Origin: Crocosphaera subtropica ATCC 51142
Lineage (GTDB): Bacteria; Cyanobacteriota; Cyanobacteriia; Cyanobacteriales; Microcystaceae
Reading direction: 5' to 3'
NCBI RefSeq assembly: GCF_000017845.1
Contig: NC_010546.1
Span: 3,780,001 to 3,812,000, forward strand
Length of the DNA stretch: 32,000 bases
Positions 8,317 through 16,972 of the stretch are shown here, piece after piece. The position numbers and the translations under genes were made by a program. A model generated the notes under the pieces. The model did not search any database. It worked only from the letters and a program-made list of their open reading frames with translations, and was not told the DNA's origin. How positions within the stretch are numbered: the first letter of the stretch is position 1; each line of letters opens with the position of its first letter.

Positions 8317-8757
8317 TCAACCCATTTCTTCCATTTTATCAAAATTACAGAATCTTTCCAAACATACGTTAAGGGTTTGGGGATCAAAGATAATAGGTAG
8401 AAAGTGGATACTATTAACTTCTTTAAAGTAAAACAAAATAGGTATAGGTTGCCAGAATATTTTCCAATTTTGCCATTCGCTGTATGGGAAACTACGAATA
8501 CGCTGATCGGAACGATAAACATCTAAAGCGGTTGCCGTAAATTGTAGGCGAATGGTAACGGTTTGTAGTAAGAGGAACAAACCAAATAATGCCAAGGGAA
8601 GACTCACCCACGGTTGTATCAATAGAGTGGCGATCGCCATCAGGATCAAAATAATCGGAATGTTATAGCTTGGGGCTAGTTCTATGGTTTGCTGGTTGAC
8701 ATTGGGAGGCGTTACAGAAGTCATAGAAAGGGCAGGAATCTGTATTGAGCAGGACAA
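8317..8757 (-). CDS. Small membrane protein (DUF3119-like, from memory)
   Basis: Two hydrophobic helices (PIILILMAIATLLIQPWVSLPLALFGLFLLLQTV), then FPYSEWQNWKIFW...ILFYFKE. The start may be an internal Met. Confidence 0.6.
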   Translation of the reverse strand: MSCSIQIPALSMTSVTPPNVNQQTIELAPSYNIPIILILMAIATLLIQPWVSLPLALFGLFLLLQTVTIRLQFTATALDVYRSDQRIRSFPYSEWQNWKIFWQPIPILFYFKEVNSIHFLPIIFDPQTLNVCLERFCNFDKMEEMG

Positions 8758-8864
8758 TTATGGGACAATGATAAAAGAGATAGATTCTAGGCAAATTAGC
8801 TCCCAGGATAACATCTATCTCCTGATTTATGGAACCGTTGTTGTCAAGTTTTTTTGAATGTCCA

Positions 8865-9929
8865 ATGCTTAAGTTATTATTTTTGTCAACCCCTGTCGGA
8901 CCGTTAGGATCAGGAATCGGAGGAGGGGTTGAATTGACTCTGCTTAACCTTGCTCAAGAACTGAGTCAACGAGGACATCAAGTGACAGTTGTGGCACCTC
9001 AAGGGTCAAAATTACCCAATGTTTCTTGTCAAGAAATTTCAGGAATCTGGCAAGAGATGATCCAAAATAATCATCGAGATACCCCGATTATTTTGCCTGA
9101 AAATCCTGTTTTAGGTAATATGTGGGACTATGCTAGAAAAGTCCAGGGTGACTATGATTTAATCGTTAATTTTGCCTTTGATTGGTTACCTTTTTATCTT
9201 ACTCCTTTTTTCCATTGTCCTATTGCTCATTTTATCAGTATGGGGTCAATAACCGATGCTTTTGACGAGATTATGAACCGAGTTGCTGTAAAATATCCAA
9301 AAACTATCGGTGTTTACACTTATTCTCAAGCTGAGACTTTCCCTTTTAATGATATTTGTCGTGTCTTAGGCAGTGGGTTAAATTTATCTTTATATAATTA
9401 TTGTGACACTCCTGATCATTATTTAGCTTGGGTGGGAAGAATTGCCCCAGAAAAGGCCTTAGAAGATGCTATAGAAGCAGCAGAAATAGTGAATATTCCT
9501 TTAAAAATTTTTGGTAAGGTTACAGATAAGCAATACTGGCAAACCATTCATCAAAATTATCCTGATGCACCTTATCAATATGAAGGCTTTTTTAATACCA
9601 TAGAATTACAGGAAAAATTGAGTCAATGTAAGGCTTTAGTAATGACTCCTCGATGGGTAGAAGCGTTTGGAAATGTGGCTATTGAAGCGTTAGCTTGTGG
9701 GGTTCCTGTGATTGCTTATCAACGGGGTGGACCAGCAGAAATTGTACAAGATAAAAAAACGGGATTTTTAGTCGAACCGGATAGTATTTCTGGGTTAGTC
9801 AAAGCGATTAATCAGATTGATGAGATTGATAGAAAACAATGTCGTCAACAAGCAGAACAAGACTATTCACTCAAAGCATTAGGCGATCGCTTTGAGCGTT
9901 GGTTTTATGAGTTAGTTGAAAAAGAATAA
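8865..9929 (+). CDS. GT-B family 4 glycosyltransferase, possibly the cyanobacterial UDP-glucose:tetrahydrobiopterin glucosyltransferase type
   Basis: MLKLLFLSTPVGPLGSGIGGGVELTL N-terminus, GRIAPEKALEDAIE, and EAFGNVAIEALACGVPVIAYQRGGPAEIV...GFLV (E-x7-E region). An alternative ATG lies at 8829. The BGluT assignment is from memory only. Confidence 0.8.
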   Translation: MLKLLFLSTPVGPLGSGIGGGVELTLLNLAQELSQRGHQVTVVAPQGSKLPNVSCQEISGIWQEMIQNNHRDTPIILPENPVLGNMWDYARKVQGDYDLIVNFAFDWLPFYLTPFFHCPIAHFISMGSITDAFDEIMNRVAVKYPKTIGVYTYSQAETFPFNDICRVLGSGLNLSLYNYCDTPDHYLAWVGRIAPEKALEDAIEAAEIVNIPLKIFGKVTDKQYWQTIHQNYPDAPYQYEGFFNTIELQEKLSQCKALVMTPRWVEAFGNVAIEALACGVPVIAYQRGGPAEIVQDKKTGFLVEPDSISGLVKAINQIDEIDRKQCRQQAEQDYSLKALGDRFERWFYELVEKE

Positions 9930-10228
9930 AAAATTATTTTAAACTTGAGTTTGACAGAGGGAAACAAACACTTCCGTGTCTTAATTTTAAGGTTATCTAA
10001 ATTTTTCTCAGAACAATTTATTATCTCCATAGCTCTTAACTTATCATTAATTGTCCAACTATCTTCTTTTCTCGATAATGACACAGAAGTCTGTATGCGA
10101 TCGCTATCCTATTAGCGTACATTTCCAATCTTAGACCTTAATGATATATCAAATTCCACGAGGATTCGGTATGATATTGAGAAAGTTTATTTTTATCATT
10201 CAAAGAGTTCACATTTTTTATTGCTAAT

Positions 10229-11155
10229 ATGTCAGAAGGCTCGACCCGCTCAATTTATGCTGCTATGATTGCCAATGTTGCTATTGGGGTCGCCAAATTT
10301 ATTGGGGCTGCAATTAGCGGTAGTTCAGCCATGTTATCTGAGGGAATTCATTCAGTTGTTGATTCGATTAATGAGGTCTTATTGCTTTATGGTCTTAAAC
10401 AAAGCCAAAAAGAGCCTGATGAAAATCATCCCCTAGGACACAGCCAAGAGATTTACTTCTGGTCTCTGATGGTAGCCGTGTTAATTTTTGCTTTAGGAGG
10501 TGGTATATCGATTTATGAGGGATTTAAGTCTTTTAACAATCCCAAAGAATCAACTAACGCTATGGTTAGTTATGGGGTTCTCTGTATTGCTGCTCTATTT
10601 GAAGGAACAGCCCTTTTGATTTCTTTGCGGGAGTTTAACAAAGAACGTTCTGACAAAGGTATCAGTCTCTGGCAAGCTCTTGAGCGCAGTAAAAATCCCG
10701 CTAATTTCGTTGTCATTTTTGAAGATAGTGCAGCATTACTAGGGATTGCAGTGGCTTTTTCTGGTGTATTCGTGAGCGACTTGACAGGGAAAATTTTTTA
10801 TGATGGATTAGCCTCTATTCTTATTGGAGTTATTCTCACTATTGTTGCTATTGTGCTGGTGGGCAAAACAAGAGGGTTATTAGTAGGAGAAAGTGCCGCT
10901 CCTCAAGTTAGAGAAAGTATCAGAAATATCGTTCTAGAAGATAAAGCTGTCCTAAAAGTAGAATCCCCAATCACATTCCAACTTGGACCCAACGATATTT
11001 TATTAGCTTTAAATATTGAGTTTCAAGATGATTTATCCTCTGATCAAATTGAATCAGCTATCTGCCGAATTGAAGACACCATTCGGGCTTCTCATGGTGA
11101 GGTTAAACGTATCTTTATTGAGGCTCGCTCAATTACTTGTGAACACAAAAGTTGA
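10229..11155 (+). CDS. Cation diffusion facilitator (CDF) family metal efflux transporter
   Basis: Six predicted TM segments, HSVVDSINE in TM2, FEDSAALLG in TM5, and a C-terminal cytoplasmic domain. Confidence 0.9.
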   Translation: MSEGSTRSIYAAMIANVAIGVAKFIGAAISGSSAMLSEGIHSVVDSINEVLLLYGLKQSQKEPDENHPLGHSQEIYFWSLMVAVLIFALGGGISIYEGFKSFNNPKESTNAMVSYGVLCIAALFEGTALLISLREFNKERSDKGISLWQALERSKNPANFVVIFEDSAALLGIAVAFSGVFVSDLTGKIFYDGLASILIGVILTIVAIVLVGKTRGLLVGESAAPQVRESIRNIVLEDKAVLKVESPITFQLGPNDILLALNIEFQDDLSSDQIESAICRIEDTIRASHGEVKRIFIEARSITCEHKS

Positions 11156-11376
11156 TAATTGCTTTTTCACCAAAACTAGCTAGTGAGGATAGGCAATCGG
11201 CAATCGGATTTTAGTTTGAGTTGAACTGCTATTAATACCTTTATTAATAAAAGTTTATCCTATAGTTAGGGTAGGATTTCAATTTTTCAACAAATTCTTA
11301 TATACTGGGAGAGTGAAACTTTTTCTATTAACAAAAAGTAGTTTCTTCTAGAAACAGTCAACTCCAAACAATTAAA

Positions 11377-12429
11377 ATGCTTAAACGTTATCAAAGTCTC
11401 TTATTATTATCACTGATTACTATTATAATATCAGGAATTACCTTGTTTTCTTCTGCCTTATCAGCAGATCAAACTTGTGTTTATCATGAAGAAGCTTATC
11501 AAGGAATCAATTTATCTAATTTAGGTAACGAATTAGAACAGACGGGATTATTAGGAGAAATTCACGGGGCTGTTCCTGAAGAAAATATATTTGTTTTATC
11601 TGTTCGTGATCCCAATAATTTTTTTAAGTTTCAACACTTTTCTGTCATTCCTGGTAACAAGAAAACTCAAGATATTTTAAGCAATGTTCAAAGACATGCT
11701 CAAGTTTGTTTACAAGGAAAATTAATTAGAAATCCTAGTCCACAGCCCCATATTGTCGTTAAATCCGCTGTTATTATGGAGTCATGGGATGGGTTAGAAG
11801 GATATGAAAATTATAAATATCAAGCAGATATACCAGCAGAATTAAAATATAAAAATAACGCAACTTTTAAAGTTCATGCCATTAATAATGAAGGAAAAAT
11901 ATTAGTAGTAGAATATAAAGATAAAGTCTTACCCATTTTTGTCGAAAATCCAGACTTAACTAAAGATTTATATCGAGGAGATTTGATTACTCTGAGTTAT
12001 AAAATACAACCATGGCCAAGAAAACCGACCCATTTAACCTTAAATTTAAAAGCTGAAAATCCTATCAATATGGTAGATAGATTAGTTAAACAACAGGGTG
12101 AAGAACAAACATTAACAGGAAAATTAGTTAAATTTCCTCAAAGTCCTCAAATCAAGTTTGATGTTTATGCCATAGAAGTAATGACTCAAGGATTATCTCG
12201 TTATTATACTTTAGTTAATTTTGAAGATGCAAAAGAATTTGAAAACATTAGAAAAAAATTAGCTAATATTTGGAACAATCACTTAGATACTGTAAAACCT
12301 GGGCGAAACTTTTTAATTAATCCTAATATAAATATTGAAGCCCAAGGGAAAATTAATATTATTTCTCCTCAACAAGCTAACCCCCAAATTCTCTTAGACA
12401 ATGCTACCAAAATCCAAGTTGTATCTTGA
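11377..12429 (+). CDS. Secreted hypothetical protein with internal repeats
   Basis: Signal peptide MLKRYQSLLLLSLITIIISGITLFSSALSA|DQ. The gene has a long open frame in visibly AT-rich DNA. It carries a recurring G(K/D)L..P..P..I motif (see findings). No family recognised. Confidence 0.7.
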   Translation: MLKRYQSLLLLSLITIIISGITLFSSALSADQTCVYHEEAYQGINLSNLGNELEQTGLLGEIHGAVPEENIFVLSVRDPNNFFKFQHFSVIPGNKKTQDILSNVQRHAQVCLQGKLIRNPSPQPHIVVKSAVIMESWDGLEGYENYKYQADIPAELKYKNNATFKVHAINNEGKILVVEYKDKVLPIFVENPDLTKDLYRGDLITLSYKIQPWPRKPTHLTLNLKAENPINMVDRLVKQQGEEQTLTGKLVKFPQSPQIKFDVYAIEVMTQGLSRYYTLVNFEDAKEFENIRKKLANIWNNHLDTVKPGRNFLINPNINIEAQGKINIISPQQANPQILLDNATKIQVVS

Positions 12430-12494
12430 TGAGAAAAAAGGGGTAAAGGTTAACTGTTAACTTCAATTAACCCAATACCCACATTTTATTTAAC

Positions 12495-13862
12495 TTAAGA
12501 AACATTTGAAGCTTGTACCGATGCTGCCTGATAAATGATGGTTTCATGGTCATCTTCAAGCTCAATTTCTGGGTCTTTTCCTGGGGTAGTAATTAAACGG
12601 GCCCCTTTGCTTTCTGTGAAGTAACTCCACGCCCATTGAATCATAACAATAAGTTTATTATCGAATTCCAACAGATAGAAAACGTGGATAAATAACCAAA
12701 CAAACCAAGCTAAGAAACCAGATAGTTTTAACCAACCCATATCGACAACTGCTTGGTGTTTACCAATAACTGCTAAATTACCCCAGTCCACATACTTAAA
12801 AGGTTTGAGGGGACGCTTTTGCAGTCTTTTACAGATTAAACGAGCAACATATTCCCCTTCTTGCATGGCAACAGGGGCGATACCAGGTAAAATTGCCCCT
12901 TTTCCGTCGGGATAATGGGCTAAATCTCCAATAACAAAGATATTGTTGTATTTAGCTAGGTGAAAATCAGGTTCAACTATCACCCGTCCCGCTTTATCTA
13001 GTTGCGCCTCAGCACAGTCAGCTAACATATTAGCAACGGGAGAGGCTTTCATCCCTGCTGTCCAAAGAACGGTACGGGTACGAATTTGCTCTAAGGTATC
13101 ACCGTCACGATAGGTCACTAACTGTCCTGTGATATCGGTGACTCTCACCCCTGTTTTGACCGTTACCCCTAATTTTTCTAGAGATTTTTGGGCTTTGAGA
13201 GAGAGATGGGGAGGATAAGCCGGTAAGATGTATTGAGGGCCTTGCAAAAGGATGATTTTAGCTTCAGATGTTTCAATATTGCGAAAATCCTCTTTTAAGG
13301 TTCCGTGGGCTAATTCAGCTAAAGCCCCGGCCAATTCAACTCCGGCTGGTCCACCTCCCACTAAGACAAAGGTTAACCAGTCTTTGCGTCGTTCAGGGTT
13401 CGGTTCTTTTTCAGCCGATTCAAAAGCAATAAAGACCCTTCTTCGGATTTCTATGGCATTTTCAATGGTTTTTAACCCTGGGGCTTTTTCTTCCCAGTTA
13501 TTGTTAAAATATTTCTGTGTTACTCCTGTGGCTAAAATGAGAGAGTCATATTTAATTTCTCGGTAACGCATTTTTACCGTTTGCCGTTCTGGGTCAATTT
13601 GAGTCACTTCTCCCATTAAAACTTCTGTATTTTTGTTTTTACTTAATAAAGCTCGTAATGGAGAAGAAATGTCTGCCGGAGATAATCCTCCTGTGGCGAC
13701 TTGATAAAGTAGGGGTTGAAAAACATGGAAGTTTCGTTTATCGATTAAGGTGACTTTAACAGGGGCTTTCCCTAATTTTTGTGCTGCATAAAGTCCACCG
13801 AAACCTCCGCCAACAATCACAACGTGATGAAGGTTATTGTCATTGTTTTGTTGCTTAACCAT
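12495..13862 (-). CDS. Type 2 NADH dehydrogenase (NDH-2, Ndb family) FAD/NAD(P)-dependent oxidoreductase
   Basis: HVVIVGGGFGGLYAA and VLVGGGPAGVELAG dinucleotide-binding motifs, GDLA, and a hydrophobic C-terminal segment. ATG at 13862 (MVKQQNN...) is preferred over the upstream ATG at 13934. Confidence 0.85.
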   Translation of the reverse strand: MVKQQNNDNNLHHVVIVGGGFGGLYAAQKLGKAPVKVTLIDKRNFHVFQPLLYQVATGGLSPADISSPLRALLSKNKNTEVLMGEVTQIDPERQTVKMRYREIKYDSLILATGVTQKYFNNNWEEKAPGLKTIENAIEIRRRVFIAFESAEKEPNPERRKDWLTFVLVGGGPAGVELAGALAELAHGTLKEDFRNIETSEAKIILLQGPQYILPAYPPHLSLKAQKSLEKLGVTVKTGVRVTDITGQLVTYRDGDTLEQIRTRTVLWTAGMKASPVANMLADCAEAQLDKAGRVIVEPDFHLAKYNNIFVIGDLAHYPDGKGAILPGIAPVAMQEGEYVARLICKRLQKRPLKPFKYVDWGNLAVIGKHQAVVDMGWLKLSGFLAWFVWLFIHVFYLLEFDNKLIVMIQWAWSYFTESKGARLITTPGKDPEIELEDDHETIIYQAASVQASNVS

Positions 13863-14100
13863 CAAAGTGTTATCTCTATTTAGATTGGAGTGATAAGATT
13901 TAGGAAAACAAATACTCACCCAAAATTGATACATCTTTAGTGTTTAAATACAGACGCATTGAAGATTCATAATTTTGTTGAGGTGATGTTTAGAAGAGTG
14001 TTGAATTCGCTTAAATCTTACTCAATTATTAGTATAAATTACCTAAGTATATTTGACAGTGTATGTGACTACTCTTTAATTCCTACATTTCTGGTATAAT

Positions 14101-15240
14101 TTAATAAGTTAAATAATCTTTTACAATCTCTAGAATGCGATCGCTGGCTTGACCATCCCCAAAGGGATTAACCGCATTAGCCATCTGTTCATAAGCTATT
14201 TTATTGCTTAATAACTCACTACTATTACTAACAATAGTTTGATAATCTGTGCCGACTAATTTAGCCGTTCCTGCGTCTACTGCTTCCGGTCTTTCTGTTG
14301 TTTCTCGCAACACTAACACAGGTTTACCCAAACTGGGGGCTTCTTCTTGTAAACCGCCAGAATCTGTTAATAATAAATAACAGCGTTGAATGGCACCGAC
14401 TAACTCCCCATAATCTAATGGTTCGGTTAAAAAGACTCTGGGATGATTCCCCAATGATGCTTGGATGGGTTCTCTGACGGTTGGGTTGCGGTGCATGGGC
14501 AATAAGAGGGCTGTATCGGGAAATTTGTCTAAAATGAGGTGAAACCCTTTTAAGATATCTTGTAGAGGCTCTCCCCAGTTCTCTCGTCGATGTACGGTAG
14601 CCAATAGCACCCGATATTGATTCCAATCTAACCCTTGAACAGCACAGTTGGGTTGTTTATCTGCAACAGTTAATAAAGCATCGATGACGGTATTTCCCGT
14701 TAAATGTATGTCTCCTGTCACACCGGAACGGTTCAAGTTTTCCACCGCTAACTGAGTGGGGGCAAAATGTAACTGGGCCAGTTGAGAAATGAGGCGACGG
14801 TTAGCTTCTTCTGGGTATGGGTTATAGATGTTGTCGGTTCGTAACCCGGCTTCAACATGGCCGATCGGTATTTGTTGATAAAATGCTGCTAAGGTAGCAG
14901 CAAATGCCGTTGTAGTGTCACCTTGGACAATCACACAATGGGGTTGTATTCTTTTAAAAATGCTTTCTAACCCTTGTAAACTGCGGTAAGTGATGTCAGT
15001 AAGGGTTTGTTTTGGCTGCATGATATTCAAGTCTTCATCGGCTGTTATCTCAAACAGTTGCATGACCTGTTCTACCATTTCCCGATGTTGTCCCGTTAAG
15101 ATAACATGGGTTTCAAATGCCTCTGAATGACGAAATTTTTGAATCACAGGGGCAAGTTTTATGGCTTCGGGACGGGTTCCTAGGGTAATACAAACTTTAT
15201 AACGGGATGAAGTCATAAGTAGAACAGTTGAAGACTTCAT
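14101..15240 (-). CDS. wecB: UDP-N-acetylglucosamine 2-epimerase (non-hydrolysing)
   Basis: LGTRPEAIKLAPV, GDTTTAFAATLAAFY, HVEAGLRT and TDSGGLQEEAPSLGKPVLVLRETTERPE. Confidence 0.9.
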   Translation of the reverse strand: MKSSTVLLMTSSRYKVCITLGTRPEAIKLAPVIQKFRHSEAFETHVILTGQHREMVEQVMQLFEITADEDLNIMQPKQTLTDITYRSLQGLESIFKRIQPHCVIVQGDTTTAFAATLAAFYQQIPIGHVEAGLRTDNIYNPYPEEANRRLISQLAQLHFAPTQLAVENLNRSGVTGDIHLTGNTVIDALLTVADKQPNCAVQGLDWNQYRVLLATVHRRENWGEPLQDILKGFHLILDKFPDTALLLPMHRNPTVREPIQASLGNHPRVFLTEPLDYGELVGAIQRCYLLLTDSGGLQEEAPSLGKPVLVLRETTERPEAVDAGTAKLVGTDYQTIVSNSSELLSNKIAYEQMANAVNPFGDGQASDRILEIVKDYLTY

Positions 15241-15294
15241 CTATTGTACTAGGTTATGGATTAATATTATTTGTAATTCAAAAGGAGTTAATTC

Positions 15295-15723
15295 ATGAGT
15301 TTATATGAAACGGATATTAATGAATGGGTTGAACAACAAGTTAAACTGATTAAACAAAAACAATATGAGCAAGTAGACTGGGATAATATTATTGAGGAAA
15401 TAGAAGACTTGAGTAAACGAGAAAGGGATAAATTTTTATCAGCAATTCGTCTAATTATTCATCATCTCTTAAAATGGGAATATCAACCCGAAAAACGTGC
15501 TAATTCTTGGTTAACTACGATTCGTAGAGAACGAAATAATCTTACTTTCTATCTTGAAGATACCCCTTCTTTAAAAAAATATTGGTCAGGAAAAGAATTT
15601 GAAAGAAATTATCGTCGTGCTAAAGCAGATGCAGTCAACGAAACAGGGTTATCTGAATGGCATTTTCCTGAAAAATGTCCCTATTCCGTTGAACAAATCA
15701 AGTCAGATTGGTTACCTAATTAA
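15295..15723 (+). CDS. DUF29 family protein
   Basis: MSLYETDINEWVEQQVKLIKQKQYEQVDWDNIIEEIEDLSKRERDK...HLLKWEYQPEKRANSW...RRER matches the cyanobacterial DUF29 pattern. Confidence 0.8.
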   Translation: MSLYETDINEWVEQQVKLIKQKQYEQVDWDNIIEEIEDLSKRERDKFLSAIRLIIHHLLKWEYQPEKRANSWLTTIRRERNNLTFYLEDTPSLKKYWSGKEFERNYRRAKADAVNETGLSEWHFPEKCPYSVEQIKSDWLPN

Positions 15724-15744
15724 TTAAGATTAATTATTTATATT

Positions 15745-16077
15745 TTATAAAGCCCCGTTACTATATTGATTATCGAGTTCCATTACTCGACCTGGACAAA
15801 TTTCATACATTTCTATAGCCACTTCATTTCCTATTTGCATAAGCGTATCTTTATTATTCATTTCTTCAAAACTTAAACTTCCTTGGTTCATCCATCCTCC
15901 CATTTCTTGAACCATTTCTTTTAGCATCGATTCTTGAAATGCTTGAGGTGATTGACTAGGAAGTTGACAAATTCTTTGAGCTAATTTATTAATTTGAGGT
16001 GAGGTGGGAAAGGCATAGACAGAAATAGGAACCAATGCAACAGATAATGACATTAACCCAATAAAATGACGCAACAT
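15745..16077 (-). CDS. Small secreted Met-rich hypothetical protein
   Basis: Signal-like N-terminus MLRHFIGLMSLSVALVPISVYA|FP, with two Cys in the mature part. No family recognised. Confidence 0.5.
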   Translation of the reverse strand: MLRHFIGLMSLSVALVPISVYAFPTSPQINKLAQRICQLPSQSPQAFQESMLKEMVQEMGGWMNQGSLSFEEMNNKDTLMQIGNEVAIEMYEICPGRVMELDNQYSNGAL

Positions 16078-16186
16078 AAAAAACCTTACTCTAAAATACT
16101 TTACTTAATAGCGTAAAGTAAACAATCACCATTGTCATTGGTACGATTACTGATTATTTTGGAAAAAATCAAGACATTTTTTGAAA

Positions 16187-16702
16187 TTATTGACCAGTTT
16201 TTTCATAGATTAAATCGCCTTGATTGTCAATCCTATCAATAAAAAGAATACCGTTAAGATGATCTAATTCGTGTTGAAAAATTCTACCAATGAAATCAGT
16301 CAATTCTTGCTGATGTAATTGTCCATAACGATCTAAATATTCCACTGTAATTGTTTGATATCTGGGGACTAAACCCCGTATTCTCGGAACACTTAAACAT
16401 CCTTCCCACCCTTTAACCATTTCCTTTGAATGAGAAACTAAACGGGGATTAATCATTACGGTGGGTTCCATCAAGGGTGCATCGGGATAACGGGGGTTAG
16501 GATGGGAACAAACCATAAATAAACGGTAAGATTGAGATACTTGAGGTGCAGCAATACCCACACCTTTTGCATCCATTGCTATGGTTAATAAGGTGTCAAT
16601 GAATTCCTGTAATTTGTCATCAGTTATATCGGTAACACATTGAGCTTGTTGTCTTAAGATAGGATTACCAACTTGAGCAATCTTTAAATTTGGCTTTATC
16701 AT
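16187..16702 (-). CDS. def: Peptide deformylase
   Basis: All three motifs are present: GVGIAAPQV, EGCLSVP and HELDHLNG. Confidence 0.92.
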   Translation of the reverse strand: MIKPNLKIAQVGNPILRQQAQCVTDITDDKLQEFIDTLLTIAMDAKGVGIAAPQVSQSYRLFMVCSHPNPRYPDAPLMEPTVMINPRLVSHSKEMVKGWEGCLSVPRIRGLVPRYQTITVEYLDRYGQLHQQELTDFIGRIFQHELDHLNGILFIDRIDNQGDLIYEKTGQ

Positions 16703-16972
16703 AGATTTTTGTCTATGTTTAAACGTCTATATTTATTATGACGTTTCTTTTGGATGATTGGGAAACTTTCGAGAAACTGATATAATCTTATTTTTTAGCC
16801 TCCCTAGTCCCTAACCTTTATTTTTATTGTTTATTAATCTATTGTTTGATTGTTGGGATAGATTAAATTATCAATTTGTTTAAAGCAATTTTGGCATATA
16901 AGATAAAGAGATTATTTCTCTATTAAATCCTATGTCAAAAACGTCTGCCGTTGTTAAGTCCTAATATTAAGA

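Noticed and set aside
9930-10228. Metal-sensing riboswitch (czcD/NiCo or yybP-ykoY type) upstream of the CDF gene
   Set aside because: There is no conserved-looking multi-helix structure, only imperfect short AT-rich inverted repeats. A HIP1 copy at 10097 is the only GC-rich element.
11196-11212. GGCAATCG GCAATCGG tandem octamer downstream of the CDF gene
   Set aside because: There are only two copies with no further occurrences in the window, which is insufficient to call a repeat family or binding site.
14053-14099. Plus-strand promoter-like elements (TTGACA at about 14053 and a perfect TATAAT at 14094-14099) pointing antisense into wecB
   Set aside because: Hexamers of this kind are frequent by chance in AT-rich spacers. 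The TTGACA is not correctly spaced from the perfect TATAAT, and there is no downstream + strand gene.
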